Notes: generated by a model not told the origin, from the letters alone. 64,000 bases of DNA from Clostridium sp. CAG:524 (GCA_000434555.1 FR880118.1:133885-197884), one strand, 5' to 3'. Numbered from the stretch's first letter, positions 18,586 through 32,026 are shown. Numbers and translations are program-made.

Positions 18586-20612
18586 TAGGCATTACCCTTT
18601 GATTTTTTAATCATTAACAGTGAATCATTGATCGCATCATCTATTGTTGTTTGCTCATTAGTAATCATACTATATCCAATAGATACACCATAATCTTTAT
18701 GAGGTAAACTAGATAATAATTCACGATTTAACTTATGAATATAAGATCCTATTTTCTTTTCATCATATCCTACTAGATAAATCATAAATTCATCTCCATC
18801 AGTTCTCATTATTTCTGAATTATCTCTTTGTGTTTTAATAAGAACATTTGCTACAGCTTTAATTTGATTATCTCCAGCTTCATGACCTTTTCTATCATTT
18901 AATAATTTTAATTTATTAATATCAATTACAACGATAGCTTGTGGATAAACTTTAGTACCTGACCAAAAATCAATATTATCATTTAAATAATTTCTATTTT
19001 TTAAATTAGTCATCGCATCAAAATAATAAAGTCTATCTTCTTTTTTAATTTTTTTAACGTAAAGTGATTTCTTCACTAAAGTATATATTATAAATCCAAC
19101 TATTAAAGCACCAATTACAATATATAATAAATTACTTATTATAAAATTAAATAATCTATTATTTTTAAGTGTTTCAATTACTCCTACTACACTTTCATTT
19201 TTCATTTCATTTGAACTAAGAGTACTTAAATAGAAATCAAATAATTTATTAAATGCTGTATTAGATTTATTAAGTAAGAATGAATTATTTAATTTAACAC
19301 TTTCTATTAATCTTATACTATAATTTTTAAGTGAAGAATCTTTATAATAATCATATACTTCTTTTTCTATTATAACTATTGAATCTTTATCAATATTTTT
19401 AATCATAGTTTTTACAGTAGCAAAATCTTTTATTTCAAATAAGTTTTTACTAGCCATATTATATTTAAGATTCATATTTGAAAGCATAGATACTTTCATA
19501 TTAACTAAACTATATAATGAATTTACTACTATATTATTATCTACATGAGCAAGTACTACATATTCTGTAGGGCCAAGTGTTCTACTACTTGTATAATTAT
19601 CATTACTAAGAGAATAATAATTTAAAGCTAAATCAATTTTCTTATTAGATAAAGCATCATTTAGTTCTTTAGTATCTTTATATTCTATATATTTATATGT
19701 AACACCAGTCATATCAGCAAACTTACTTAAATATGTATTAGTAAGTCCTGTAAAATTACTTCTTATTTTACCTTCATATGGAAGATTTTCTATATATCCA
19801 ACTATAAAGTCCTCATTAGTTATAGATTCTTTTTCAATTTCAGTATAATTTTTAGCTGTATAATATATATCTAAAAAATATTCATTTATATTACTTTTAG
19901 CTTTATTTTCCCATCTATAATAGAACTTCTTCATAATACTAACTAAATCAGCATTATCTTCTTCATTAAGTTCTAAACAATAATAAGAATAAAGTCCATC
20001 TAAATGATATACTATTTCATAATCATTAGTAACAATATCATTTATATATTTATACATTGGCACTATCATATAACTAATTGATTTATTATCAAATTCAGTT
20101 GAAAGTTCATTATATGAATTAAAACTTTTTATATTTATATTTTTATATGCTGTTAAATACAATGAAATAGTTTCACTGTCACTTTCAAGAACACCAACAG
20201 TCTTTCCACCTAAATCAGTTAATTTATTTACAGTATCTTTTTCACCAACTACAATAAAATGATCTTTATATATAACAATATCATCATTACCAACATAATT
20301 TTTATTTACAAGTTTTATATTTGATGTATCTGTAGTTACAATATTTAAATTAAGACCAGTATCCTCTTTTAATGCATTTAAATATTCATAATATACACCT
20401 TTACCATTATTAGAAAATATTGGAAGCGATGGCTCTACATATACATCGTATGTTGTATCAGTATTTTCACTTATCCATTTTTTCTCACTATAAGAATAAT
20501 TATTTACAGTACTCGTTATATAATATAATGTACCAAGAAATCCTGATACTAATATAATTATTATCGCGAATACTATTATTATACTCTTCTTTTTCTTTTT
20601 ATTATTTTTCAT
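18585..20612 (-). CDS. Membrane-anchored GGDEF-domain protein with tandem periplasmic solute-binding-like sensor domains; active-site motif is DGDEF
   Basis: C-terminal NRNYLNDNIDF...VVIDINKLKLLNDRKGHEAGDNQIK...RTDGDEF is a GGDEF fold with the first Gly of GG(D/E)EF replaced by Asp. Two TM segments flank a 450-aa extracytoplasmic region. Confidence 0.7.
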   Translation of the reverse strand: MKNNKKKKKSIIIVFAIIIILVSGFLGTLYYITSTVNNYSYSEKKWISENTDTTYDVYVEPSLPIFSNNGKGVYYEYLNALKEDTGLNLNIVTTDTSNIKLVNKNYVGNDDIVIYKDHFIVVGEKDTVNKLTDLGGKTVGVLESDSETISLYLTAYKNINIKSFNSYNELSTEFDNKSISYMIVPMYKYINDIVTNDYEIVYHLDGLYSYYCLELNEEDNADLVSIMKKFYYRWENKAKSNINEYFLDIYYTAKNYTEIEKESITNEDFIVGYIENLPYEGKIRSNFTGLTNTYLSKFADMTGVTYKYIEYKDTKELNDALSNKKIDLALNYYSLSNDNYTSSRTLGPTEYVVLAHVDNNIVVNSLYSLVNMKVSMLSNMNLKYNMASKNLFEIKDFATVKTMIKNIDKDSIVIIEKEVYDYYKDSSLKNYSIRLIESVKLNNSFLLNKSNTAFNKLFDFYLSTLSSNEMKNESVVGVIETLKNNRLFNFIISNLLYIVIGALIVGFIIYTLVKKSLYVKKIKKEDRLYYFDAMTNLKNRNYLNDNIDFWSGTKVYPQAIVVIDINKLKLLNDRKGHEAGDNQIKAVANVLIKTQRDNSEIMRTDGDEFMIYLVGYDEKKIGSYIHKLNRELLSSLPHKDYGVSIGYSMITNEQTTIDDAINDSLLMIKKSKGNA

Positions 20613-20613
20613 A

Positions 20614-21072
20614 CTACCATACTACCTTTAAACTATTAGAACTTTTAGCTCCAAACAATGGAAAATTTTCATTTTCTTCTTCACCAGAATAAGTAAGTAT
20701 AAAATGAACATCATAATATGTCAAATTATTTTCTCCTATCTTTTCTAGTGCCTTTTCTGCTAAAGACTTAGCTTCATTAACTTTTAATGATTCTTTAAAG
20801 TCTATATCAACATAAATAACTCTTCCCTCAGTATTCACTTTTACAGTTCCTACTTTTGAATTATCACTATATAATGATTTTATTTCATCTTGTAAGTTTG
20901 AACTTAACGGATAATTTTCTATTCCATTTAATCTATTTCCATATTTAGTTCCACCTGCACCAGCATAAAAGAATTTATAAAATAATATTCCTATTGCTAT
21001 GATACATACTAATAAAATACCTAACAATACTAATAAAACTTTATTATTTCTTATTTTTTTGTTTTTTCCCAT
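20614..21072 (-). CDS. Membrane-anchored hypothetical protein downstream of ligA
   Basis: N-terminal TM (VLLVLLGILLVCIIAIGILF), 150 aa, no recognised domain. Confidence 0.4.
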   Translation of the reverse strand: MGKNKKIRNNKVLLVLLGILLVCIIAIGILFYKFFYAGAGGTKYGNRLNGIENYPLSSNLQDEIKSLYSDNSKVGTVKVNTEGRVIYVDIDFKESLKVNEAKSLAEKALEKIGENNLTYYDVHFILTYSGEEENENFPLFGAKSSNSLKVVW

Positions 21073-21117
21073 ATTTAATTAAACACCTTCCTTGGTTTTT
21101 TTATATTATACAATATT

Positions 21118-23109
<1,992 letters not shown>

Positions 23110-23230
23110 TCACCTATTAATATTATATAACAATTAATATTTATTATAAAGAAAAAGTAGTCTAGAAAATTAAACCATTTATAATTATTTAGAATTTATT
23201 TAATATTTTAAACTTTTTTCTTCAAAGATA

Positions 23231-23259
23231 TTGACAATCGGACCCATTTCTAGTAAAAT
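23231..23259 (+). promoter_or_regulatory. Consensus sigma-A promoter for tRNA-Gly
   Basis: TTGACA (23231-23236) + 17 nt + TAAAAT (23254-23259). tRNA begins about 20 nt downstream. Confidence 0.6.
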
Positions 23260-23278
23260 GAATCTTGCATTTAGCGAT

Positions 23279-23352
23279 GCAGGTGTAGTTTAATGGTAGA
23301 ACTCTAGCCTTCCAAGCTAATAACGTGGGTCCGATTCCCATCACCTGCTCCA
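23279..23352 (+). tRNA. tRNA-Gly (anticodon UCC), CCA-encoded
   Basis: GCAGGTG acceptor stem pairs with CACCTGC. Anticodon loop CTTCCAA gives UCC. T-arm GGGTC-CGATTCC-CATC... Near-identical to Bacillus tRNA-Gly(UCC). One C-A mismatch at the top of the anticodon stem. Confidence 0.9.
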
Positions 23353-23396
23353 TTGACGAATCTGTTCGAACTATTTAGTTTGAACTTAATATATAG

Positions 23397-23423
23397 AATC
23401 AATCGAAAGATTGATTTTTTTGT
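23397..23423 (+). terminator. Rho-independent terminator after tRNA-Gly
   Basis: AATCAATC-GAAA-GATTGATT hairpin followed by TTTTTTT. Confidence 0.6.
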
Positions 23424-23453
23424 GTCTTACAAAGAAATCATCCTAAAGAAAGG

Positions 23454-23738
23454 ATGGTGTTTATGATTAATATTATCAAACAAGAAATACCTATTGATGA
23501 ATCGCTTAAAAAGAAATTAGAGTTTATTTGTGATTTTTGTAATACTACTCCTACATTTATAAATGGAAGTATTAGAAAAATTGATAAATCTAATTTGGCT
23601 TATGTTGAACCTCACAAAGTAATTATCAATAATATAATATTTCTTGTTTTTAATTATTCTAATGATGTTTATATCAAAAACTTTGGTAATAAAATTAAAA
23701 TTAATGAATTAGAAAATTATTTAAAGCGTACCAACTAG
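23454..23738 (+). CDS. Hypothetical protein (94 aa)
   Basis: AAAGGATGG RBS 6 nt upstream. No recognised domain. Lies between tRNA-Gly and the serine recombinase. Confidence 0.35.
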   Translation: MVFMINIIKQEIPIDESLKKKLEFICDFCNTTPTFINGSIRKIDKSNLAYVEPHKVIINNIIFLVFNYSNDVYIKNFGNKIKINELENYLKRTN

Positions 23739-23801
23739 TAAATTTGTCGAAAATAGTTTATAATTAAATTAGAAAAACTTATATCTGATTTATTTATGGG
23801 T

Positions 23802-23845
23802 GAAGTAGTACAAATAAGCCTAGTTGTACTGCTTCGCTCTTTTTT
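23802..23845 (+). terminator. Imperfect 12-bp inverted repeat (GAAGTAGTACAA-N10-TTGTACTGCTTC) followed by T-run; terminator or recombinase-related site
   Basis: 11/12 complementary arms separated by 10 nt, then GCTC TTTTTT. Sits 20 nt upstream of the serine recombinase RBS. Confidence 0.35.
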
Positions 23846-23865
23846 AGTAAAGGAGATGATGATAA

Positions 23866-25788
<1,923 letters not shown>

Positions 25789-25789
25789 A

Positions 25790-26020
25790 ATGCGTGGCAC
25801 GTTTTGTTGCTTAGCAATGAAAGTGGCGATAGCATTTTATAAGACTTATGTAATTTTATTTTATTACGAAGTTTTAAAACATTATGGAATAAGTCATAAA
25901 AGGGTTCTAGGGAATCCCTAGCCCACGAGGTTATTTTGTTAGTATGACAAAATACCTAGGGGGTTAAATATTTTGTCAAAGCCAAAATATATCTCTAAAA
26001 AACAAAGGAGTTGATTATTT
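25790..26020. promoter_or_regulatory. Candidate oriT / regulatory region upstream of mob genes
   Basis: GC-rich hairpin CTAGGGAATCCCTAG, inverted repeat TTTTGT-N7-ACAAAA and repeated TTTTGTCAA motifs in the 230-bp spacer between the recombinase gene and the relaxase operon. Confidence 0.3.
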
Positions 26021-26221
26021 ATGAAGAAAGAATTTTATAACTTAAAATATGGAAAGTGTAAATTATTAGATGAGAAAAAAGCCTTATATTTAGTGTATGC
26101 CGAAAACTGTGAACTACATTATATTGTTTGTACCTATATTGATAATATGGGAACTATGATGGGTCAAGAATTTTTTGAAACACTAAATCAAGCCAAATTA
26201 TACTTTAATAAAGGAGCGTGA
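26021..26221 (+). CDS. Small hypothetical protein, translationally coupled to relaxase gene (possible mob accessory protein)
   Basis: 66-aa ORF with AAGGAG RBS. Stop overlaps the relaxase start (ATGA). Confidence 0.35.
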   Translation: MKKEFYNLKYGKCKLLDEKKALYLVYAENCELHYIVCTYIDNMGTMMGQEFFETLNQAKLYFNKGA

Positions 26222-27603
26222 TTATTATAGAACTAGCATATTCTTTTCATTTAGGTAGTGACAAAAATAAAAGAAACACATCAAGAAGTAGTGCTAAATC
26301 TAATAGAAGTGGTTCTACTTCTCTATCAAATAATGCTATACAAAATTCAGCAGGTTTAACGAAAGTAGATAAACATAATTATAGAAAGTATGATAACAAT
26401 CAAAATGACATTGAAATTATTAAAGGCAGTTCTTCATTAGTTGATGATGTCAAAAAATTATATAGGAAAGAATTTGAAGAAGCAAAAGAAGAATATAATC
26501 TAAAGCAAGTAAGGGACGATAGAAAAATCAAAGATTATTTTACTCATATAAGTAATAATGAGAAAAATGATTTAGCCTGTGAAATAATAATTGAACTTGG
26601 AGATAAAAAATATTGGGATACAAAAGATGATAAGTTTAAAAGAAGAATGACAAATGTTTATAAAAAGCAAATTGAAGATTTAGAAATTATATTACCTACT
26701 TTTAAGATAGCAAGTGCAATTATTCATTATGATGAAACAAGCCCACACTTGCATATCGTAGGTGTTCCTATAAAATTTAATAATAAAAATGGTATGAAAA
26801 AACAAGTTGGTAAATCAGATGTATTTACAAAAGAAAGTTTAAAAAAATTACAAGATAAAATGCGTACCTTATGTATTGAATCTTTTAATAAAGAATATAA
26901 CCTAACTAGCACTTTAAAAGGCAAGAAAAAAGGTAGAAATCATGATTATCATATCACTGAAATGGACAATTATTTAGAAATGAAAGAACAACTTGAAAAA
27001 AATCAAGAAAGTCTAAATATAGCCAAACAACAATCTGACCTATTAGATAATGATACAAAAGAAGCAAAAGATATTGTTAATAATTTAAAATTAGCATTTG
27101 GTAGAAAAGATAAATATGTTATAACGCAAGAATGCAAAGATAAAATCAATAGTTTTATCAGCCAAGTAGAAAATACAAATAAAGAATATAAGAATATTCA
27201 AAAATTATCAACAATACTTACCAATGTTGACTCGAATATTAAAGAAAATAATAACAAAATAAAAATACTTACCGAAAATAATGAGGCATTGGAATTACGA
27301 GTTAAAAGTCTTACTGAAAAAAATAAGCTAAAAGATAATGAAATTGATGAATTAAAAGAAGAAAATAATTCTTTATTTGCAGAACTTAACTATTTTAAAA
27401 ATAAATTCATAAGACTTATTCAATTTATAAAAAACAGATTATTTAATAGAAAAGATAGAGATAAATATCGTGATTTTTCAAAAGATTTATACGAACATGG
27501 TGTTATTGAGGATAATACAATTAAAGAATTAAATGATACTTATAAATCCAGTAAAGAACATGATTTAGGCAAAGAAAAAGATGATTACGATATTGAAATC
27601 TAA
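26218..27603 (+). CDS. mob: MobV-family (Mob_Pre) relaxase / plasmid recombination enzyme
   Basis: HYDETSPHLHIVGVP is the MobV motif III (H.DE..PH.H). N-terminal HNYRK motif I. Long coiled-coil C-terminal half typical of Mob/Pre proteins. Confidence 0.75.
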   Translation: MIIIELAYSFHLGSDKNKRNTSRSSAKSNRSGSTSLSNNAIQNSAGLTKVDKHNYRKYDNNQNDIEIIKGSSSLVDDVKKLYRKEFEEAKEEYNLKQVRDDRKIKDYFTHISNNEKNDLACEIIIELGDKKYWDTKDDKFKRRMTNVYKKQIEDLEIILPTFKIASAIIHYDETSPHLHIVGVPIKFNNKNGMKKQVGKSDVFTKESLKKLQDKMRTLCIESFNKEYNLTSTLKGKKKGRNHDYHITEMDNYLEMKEQLEKNQESLNIAKQQSDLLDNDTKEAKDIVNNLKLAFGRKDKYVITQECKDKINSFISQVENTNKEYKNIQKLSTILTNVDSNIKENNNKIKILTENNEALELRVKSLTEKNKLKDNEIDELKEENNSLFAELNYFKNKFIRLIQFIKNRLFNRKDRDKYRDFSKDLYEHGVIEDNTIKELNDTYKSSKEHDLGKEKDDYDIEI

Positions 27604-29738
27604 TCATCTTTTCTATTTTCAACAATTCTATTCCATGAAATTTTATGTTCATAATCAAGTTCTTCATTTGCTTGCAAGTTTTTAGAATAATAAGCTAAAA
27701 ATTCATCTGAATTTGTTAACAATCTCAAATAATATTTAAGAGAGTCAAATATCCCATTAACAATTACTTGACATCCATACTCATCATAAATTTCATCAAT
27801 TTTTTTATTGATTTTATCCAATTCATTAAAGTCTGGTTTTGATGTACTTAAAATATAATATCTTTGTACATTTTTATTATATTTTATTTTATCATAGGCA
27901 TAATCCACCATTAAATGGGTGGGTTTTATATCAAATTTAATCTCAACAACTTCATATATTTCATTTGTAATTTTATCTCTAACGACAATGTCACCAGTTT
28001 CTTTTGAACTTCTATCACTTGAATTATGAGATCCTAAATCATCTAATTTCATATTTTTAAATCTATCAAAATGTTTTATCATGCATTCATATATACTATA
28101 AAATGCAATTACTGGTAAAATTGATGCCCCACGAGAAGAATATTTGTAATAAAAATGACTATGTAACATTTCAATTACATCCCTAATTGGAACATTACTT
28201 TCTTTGTCAATAGGGTTAATTACTTTAACTGTTCTTTTCTGCTTTTCAATAATACTTTGAGTAAAAATGCCAACTAGATAATCTAATGATGAAACATTTT
28301 CTGTTTCAACTTCATCTAATATGGTTAAAAAAGCCATTTTTAAATCTGCTTTATTTATTCTACCAGGGAAATCATTAGTAAATGGATGCAATTGTTCAAT
28401 ACTTCTTGTTAACCATCCAGATTCTTTCATAGCCCCTAAAAATCTTTTTTCTTTTAAAAATGGAGTAACATATTTTGTATCAAAACTTCTTCCAGAATAT
28501 CCGTTAGGTAAATCTACTTTATGATATCTTACATCTTGTTCAGGATGTAAGCATTTATACGTCAAACTTGAAACTAATGCAGTAAATACTCCTTTATTAC
28601 TTTGTTCATTTTCAACGATTATTTTTATTAAATTTTTCTGCATTTTAGATAAATTTAAATTATCCAAATTCTTGTTTTTCTTTGCCTGATTATAAATATT
28701 TTCTAAAAATTGTGATGGATTTAATTCTTTATTCATATTCACACCTCTTTCAAATAATTGTTCATACACTTCTTTAGCAACTGCTTTTATTACAGGAACA
28801 CAAACACTATTCCCAATCCTTTCGTATAATTTGGCACTTGGACCAATCTTTTTAAAGTTTTCAGGGAAGCCAAAAAAGCGATAACATTCATCAATTGTGA
28901 TTTTTCTAACAATTTTATTATCATATATATAAAATCTTCCATTGACTTCTTGAGAAGCTATCGTTGGATGCATACCCTCTGAAGAATAGATTCTATTTAC
29001 TTGTCTATGAACTCTAGATAAATGCTCTGTGTTAGGTCTTACACCTGCTTTTCTAATTGGTTTGTTAAGATATCCTGTAAAAATCAAACCAGAACCTTTT
29101 TGCTGCTTAATGTATTTATCCTCTAAAATAGTATATTGTTCAGGTTTTAAAATTTCAAAATTTCCATTTTTGTCTAAAAAATTCTTCATTGATTTTGATG
29201 GAGTACCTTTAACTTTGTCAAAATCGAAATGTATTCCTTCTCTCGATCCAACAATTATAATTCTTTCTCTATTTTGTGGAACACCAAAGTCTTTGGCATT
29301 TAAAACTTTATAATTAACAGAATAACCTAAGTCATTTAAAGTGTCTATAATCACAGTAAGTGTTTTTCCCTTATCATGTGTAGTTAAATTTTTTACGTTC
29401 TCTAAAATAAATGCTTTTGGCTTTTTTTCTTTTAAAATTCTAACAATATCAAAAAATAATGTTCCTCTTGTTTCATCAATAAATCCCTTTTGTCGACCGC
29501 ATATAGAAAATGATTGGCATGGGAAACCAGCACATAATATATCAAAATCTGGAATAGTAGAAGGATCCAACTTTGTTATGTCACAATATGGATTATCCCC
29601 AAAATTTTCTTCATACATTTTGCATGCATGTTCATCTATTTCAGAACTAAATACACATTCTCCACCAATGCTTTCGAGGGCTAATCTAAAGCCACCAATA
29701 CCAGCAAACAAATCAATAAAAGTAAATTTTTTTTTCAT
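27600..29738 (-). CDS. DNA (cytosine-5)-methyltransferase fused to a 370-aa C-terminal domain with PD-(D/E)XK-like nuclease motif
   Basis: N-terminal motif I FIDLFAGIGGF, motif IV GFPCQSFS (catalytic Cys), motif VI ENVKNL, motif VIII and a target-recognition region. C-terminal half contains GDIVVRD...EVVEIKFD. 712 aa, roughly twice a normal m5C methyltransferase. Confidence 0.8.
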   Translation of the reverse strand: MKKKFTFIDLFAGIGGFRLALESIGGECVFSSEIDEHACKMYEENFGDNPYCDITKLDPSTIPDFDILCAGFPCQSFSICGRQKGFIDETRGTLFFDIVRILKEKKPKAFILENVKNLTTHDKGKTLTVIIDTLNDLGYSVNYKVLNAKDFGVPQNRERIIIVGSREGIHFDFDKVKGTPSKSMKNFLDKNGNFEILKPEQYTILEDKYIKQQKGSGLIFTGYLNKPIRKAGVRPNTEHLSRVHRQVNRIYSSEGMHPTIASQEVNGRFYIYDNKIVRKITIDECYRFFGFPENFKKIGPSAKLYERIGNSVCVPVIKAVAKEVYEQLFERGVNMNKELNPSQFLENIYNQAKKNKNLDNLNLSKMQKNLIKIIVENEQSNKGVFTALVSSLTYKCLHPEQDVRYHKVDLPNGYSGRSFDTKYVTPFLKEKRFLGAMKESGWLTRSIEQLHPFTNDFPGRINKADLKMAFLTILDEVETENVSSLDYLVGIFTQSIIEKQKRTVKVINPIDKESNVPIRDVIEMLHSHFYYKYSSRGASILPVIAFYSIYECMIKHFDRFKNMKLDDLGSHNSSDRSSKETGDIVVRDKITNEIYEVVEIKFDIKPTHLMVDYAYDKIKYNKNVQRYYILSTSKPDFNELDKINKKIDEIYDEYGCQVIVNGIFDSLKYYLRLLTNSDEFLAYYSKNLQANEELDYEHKISWNRIVENRKDD

Positions 29739-29855
29739 TTAAATTATTCCCTCCAATCTATATTAAATCTAATTCATTATACCATATTTTTGCTTTTTTT
29801 CATGGTATAACTCTCAATATTTTTTTATTACATTAAAGCTTATTATTTAATTAAA

Positions 29856-31547
29856 TCAAAAGAAATTTTTTGATAAAAAATTGTTATATTTAGCAATAAA
29901 ATCATCTTTGTTAGACAGTTCATCATATATTCCAAGATTATTTATAATTTCGTTTATAGGAAGTTTTGTAATTTCCTTATTTCCATACCCTAATATATAT
30001 AAATATCTTCCAAATGGTCCCCAAACATAATCCTTTTCACTATAATTTTTTACTGCATATATAACACTAATTAAAATTTCAGTATTAGTATATTTATCAT
30101 TATAATCATCACCTATAAATAGAATATCATCTATTATTGGTTGCATATATTTATATAAATATTCATTCATAGGAAATTTATACTTCTCCTCTGGATAAAA
30201 CAAGCTAAAATTCTGAGATATTTCATTTATTCTATTGAATAAATTAGTGATTAATGAATCAGTATCTCTATAATAATGTGATGAATCAATTTTATCATCA
30301 GACATACTAATAATTTCTTTTATAATTTCATAGTTTTCTGCTTCTAATGATGTAATAAATATTCCATAAATTAAAACCAATGTTGGAAAATACAATAAAG
30401 ATATCAAAGCAGTATTCCCACTAAATACTCCAGTTGGGTATACTTTATAAATTATTTTTTTTATCAATTTAATATATTTTTTATCTCCATAATATGATAA
30501 TAATATTACAGCTACTAATAAATTCTTTATATTATTTAGACTTTCTATAATTTTAGACCTGAAAATATCTTCGTTAATTTTACTTAAATCCATTTTCTGT
30601 ATATTAAATTTTGATAAATAAATTTTGATTTCTTCATTTATCAAATCATTAATTTTAATATAATTTTTAGAATCCGATAGTAAAATTTTTAATTTTTCTT
30701 CAAATTGATTATCGTCATATCTTTTTAACGCTATTTCTGGAACATCAATTAAAATATCATTATCTTTTTCTGTATTTCTACCAATTAATTCATTCAATTC
30801 TTCAAAATTGAATATAAAATCACCTTCGCCATAAAAAGTTCCACAACCTGGTGTTTGATATGATCTTGGATCATTTGAAACTTTGTTATAAACATAATTC
30901 ATGACTGATGAAGCACTTAACACACCATATTCTGTTTTTGCTTCTCCATTAAGAGCATCTAATAAATATGAGGTGAATATAGAATTATTATGCTTTCCAC
31001 CAGAATCTTTAACTGTTTGATCTGATTTTCCTGCAGTAAGAACTTGACGACTATATCTTCTCAACATATCTTTTAAAAATCTTTTTGAACCGTTAACATT
31101 TCTTTGTAATGCCAAGCCACTATAACAAGCATCCATTATATAAAAAATATGCTTTGCCCTAAATAATTCGGAATCATTTATTAATGAATCCCAACTTATC
31201 ATTGAATTAAGATTTTGTTCAGTTCCATTACAGGGAACTAAATACCCTTTGTCCTTTAATCCTGCTTGATATGTTATACCATGTCCTGCATAAAAGATTA
31301 AAACAGAATCATCATTACATGCTTCTTTAGAGATTTCATAATAAGCATTCATAATATTTGTTTTAGTTGCATCGTCATCAAGAATCAATTTAATATTTTC
31401 TTTTTTATAACCCAATTTATCAATTAATATATCATATATAGACCTTGCATCATTTACAGCGTATTCAAGATTATTTAAATTGTCATATTTATTTATTCCA
31501 ATTATTAATGCAAAATGTTCGTCATAAGATATTTTTAATTCTGCCAT
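29856..31547 (-). CDS. Caspase-like (peptidase C14 / CHAT-related) domain protein with 300-aa C-terminal domain of unknown function
   Basis: HFALIIGINKYDN...LIFYAGHG (catalytic His) ... HIFYIMDACYSG (catalytic Cys) is the caspase/metacaspase His-Cys dyad fold. Start moved to MAELK (GAGGTG RBS). C-terminal region has hydrophobic segments but no known domain. Confidence 0.65.
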   Translation of the reverse strand: MAELKISYDEHFALIIGINKYDNLNNLEYAVNDARSIYDILIDKLGYKKENIKLILDDDATKTNIMNAYYEISKEACNDDSVLIFYAGHGITYQAGLKDKGYLVPCNGTEQNLNSMISWDSLINDSELFRAKHIFYIMDACYSGLALQRNVNGSKRFLKDMLRRYSRQVLTAGKSDQTVKDSGGKHNNSIFTSYLLDALNGEAKTEYGVLSASSVMNYVYNKVSNDPRSYQTPGCGTFYGEGDFIFNFEELNELIGRNTEKDNDILIDVPEIALKRYDDNQFEEKLKILLSDSKNYIKINDLINEEIKIYLSKFNIQKMDLSKINEDIFRSKIIESLNNIKNLLVAVILLSYYGDKKYIKLIKKIIYKVYPTGVFSGNTALISLLYFPTLVLIYGIFITSLEAENYEIIKEIISMSDDKIDSSHYYRDTDSLITNLFNRINEISQNFSLFYPEEKYKFPMNEYLYKYMQPIIDDILFIGDDYNDKYTNTEILISVIYAVKNYSEKDYVWGPFGRYLYILGYGNKEITKLPINEIINNLGIYDELSNKDDFIAKYNNFLSKNFF

Positions 31548-31876
31548 TGTATACACCTCTAAATAATATTTTACCACATATTATTGTTTTTTTGACACAA
31601 TCGTCTATATTTATGTTAGAATATTTATAGAGATTGATATTTGTATATCAATTCGTATATTGGAAAAAAGTTGTAGATACCTACGACATTGGCTCCAATA
31701 AAATCAACAAAATCCCTTATTTTAAGGGATTTTTTATTATTAATTTTATCAAAATTATGGTAATTTTCCATATTTTCCTCACTATTAAATATATCATCAT
31801 TAAATATATTTTGATTATAAATCTATATTAATTATATCATTATTCTTATATACTTTTATAGTCACTTGTCATAATA

Positions 31877-31906
31877 AAAGACAATATCGTACTAAATATT
31901 GTCTTT
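31877..31906 (-). terminator. Perfect 11-bp inverted repeat hairpin (AAAGACAATAT-N8-ATATTGTCTTT); probable terminator for minus-strand gene 32027..32845
   Basis: Hairpin followed on the minus strand by TTTTATTATG. Lies 120 nt beyond the stop of the upstream minus-strand gene. Confidence 0.35.
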
Positions 31907-32026
31907 CTTAACTAATTTTATAGCATTAGCATTATTATAATGTATAAAATAATAGTCAAAGATAATAGATAAAATCAAAAAACTATTAGATTATTAGATG
32001 TTTATTTTACAATATATAATCTTTGA

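Noticed and set aside
23279-23352. Checked whether tRNA-Gly could be a pseudo-tRNA or an element-borne duplicate, given the C-A mismatch in the anticodon stem.
   Set aside because: All other stems pair perfectly. Sequence is near-identical to Bacillus tRNA-Gly(UCC). It has a consensus promoter and terminator. Accepted as functional.
31681-31700. Possible att duplicate: CATTGGCTCCAAT resembles the tRNA-Gly 3' end (CACCTGCTCCATT).
   Set aside because: Only a 6-nt GCTCCA match, expected by chance. Serine recombinases need not target tRNA 3' ends. Not claimed as attR.
31634-31831. ORFs 31445..31630 and 31634..31831 in the spacer after the caspase-like gene.
   Set aside because: AT-rich chance ORFs without RBS. 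The region instead contains hairpins (31711-31735, 31877-31906) consistent with terminators or a boundary.
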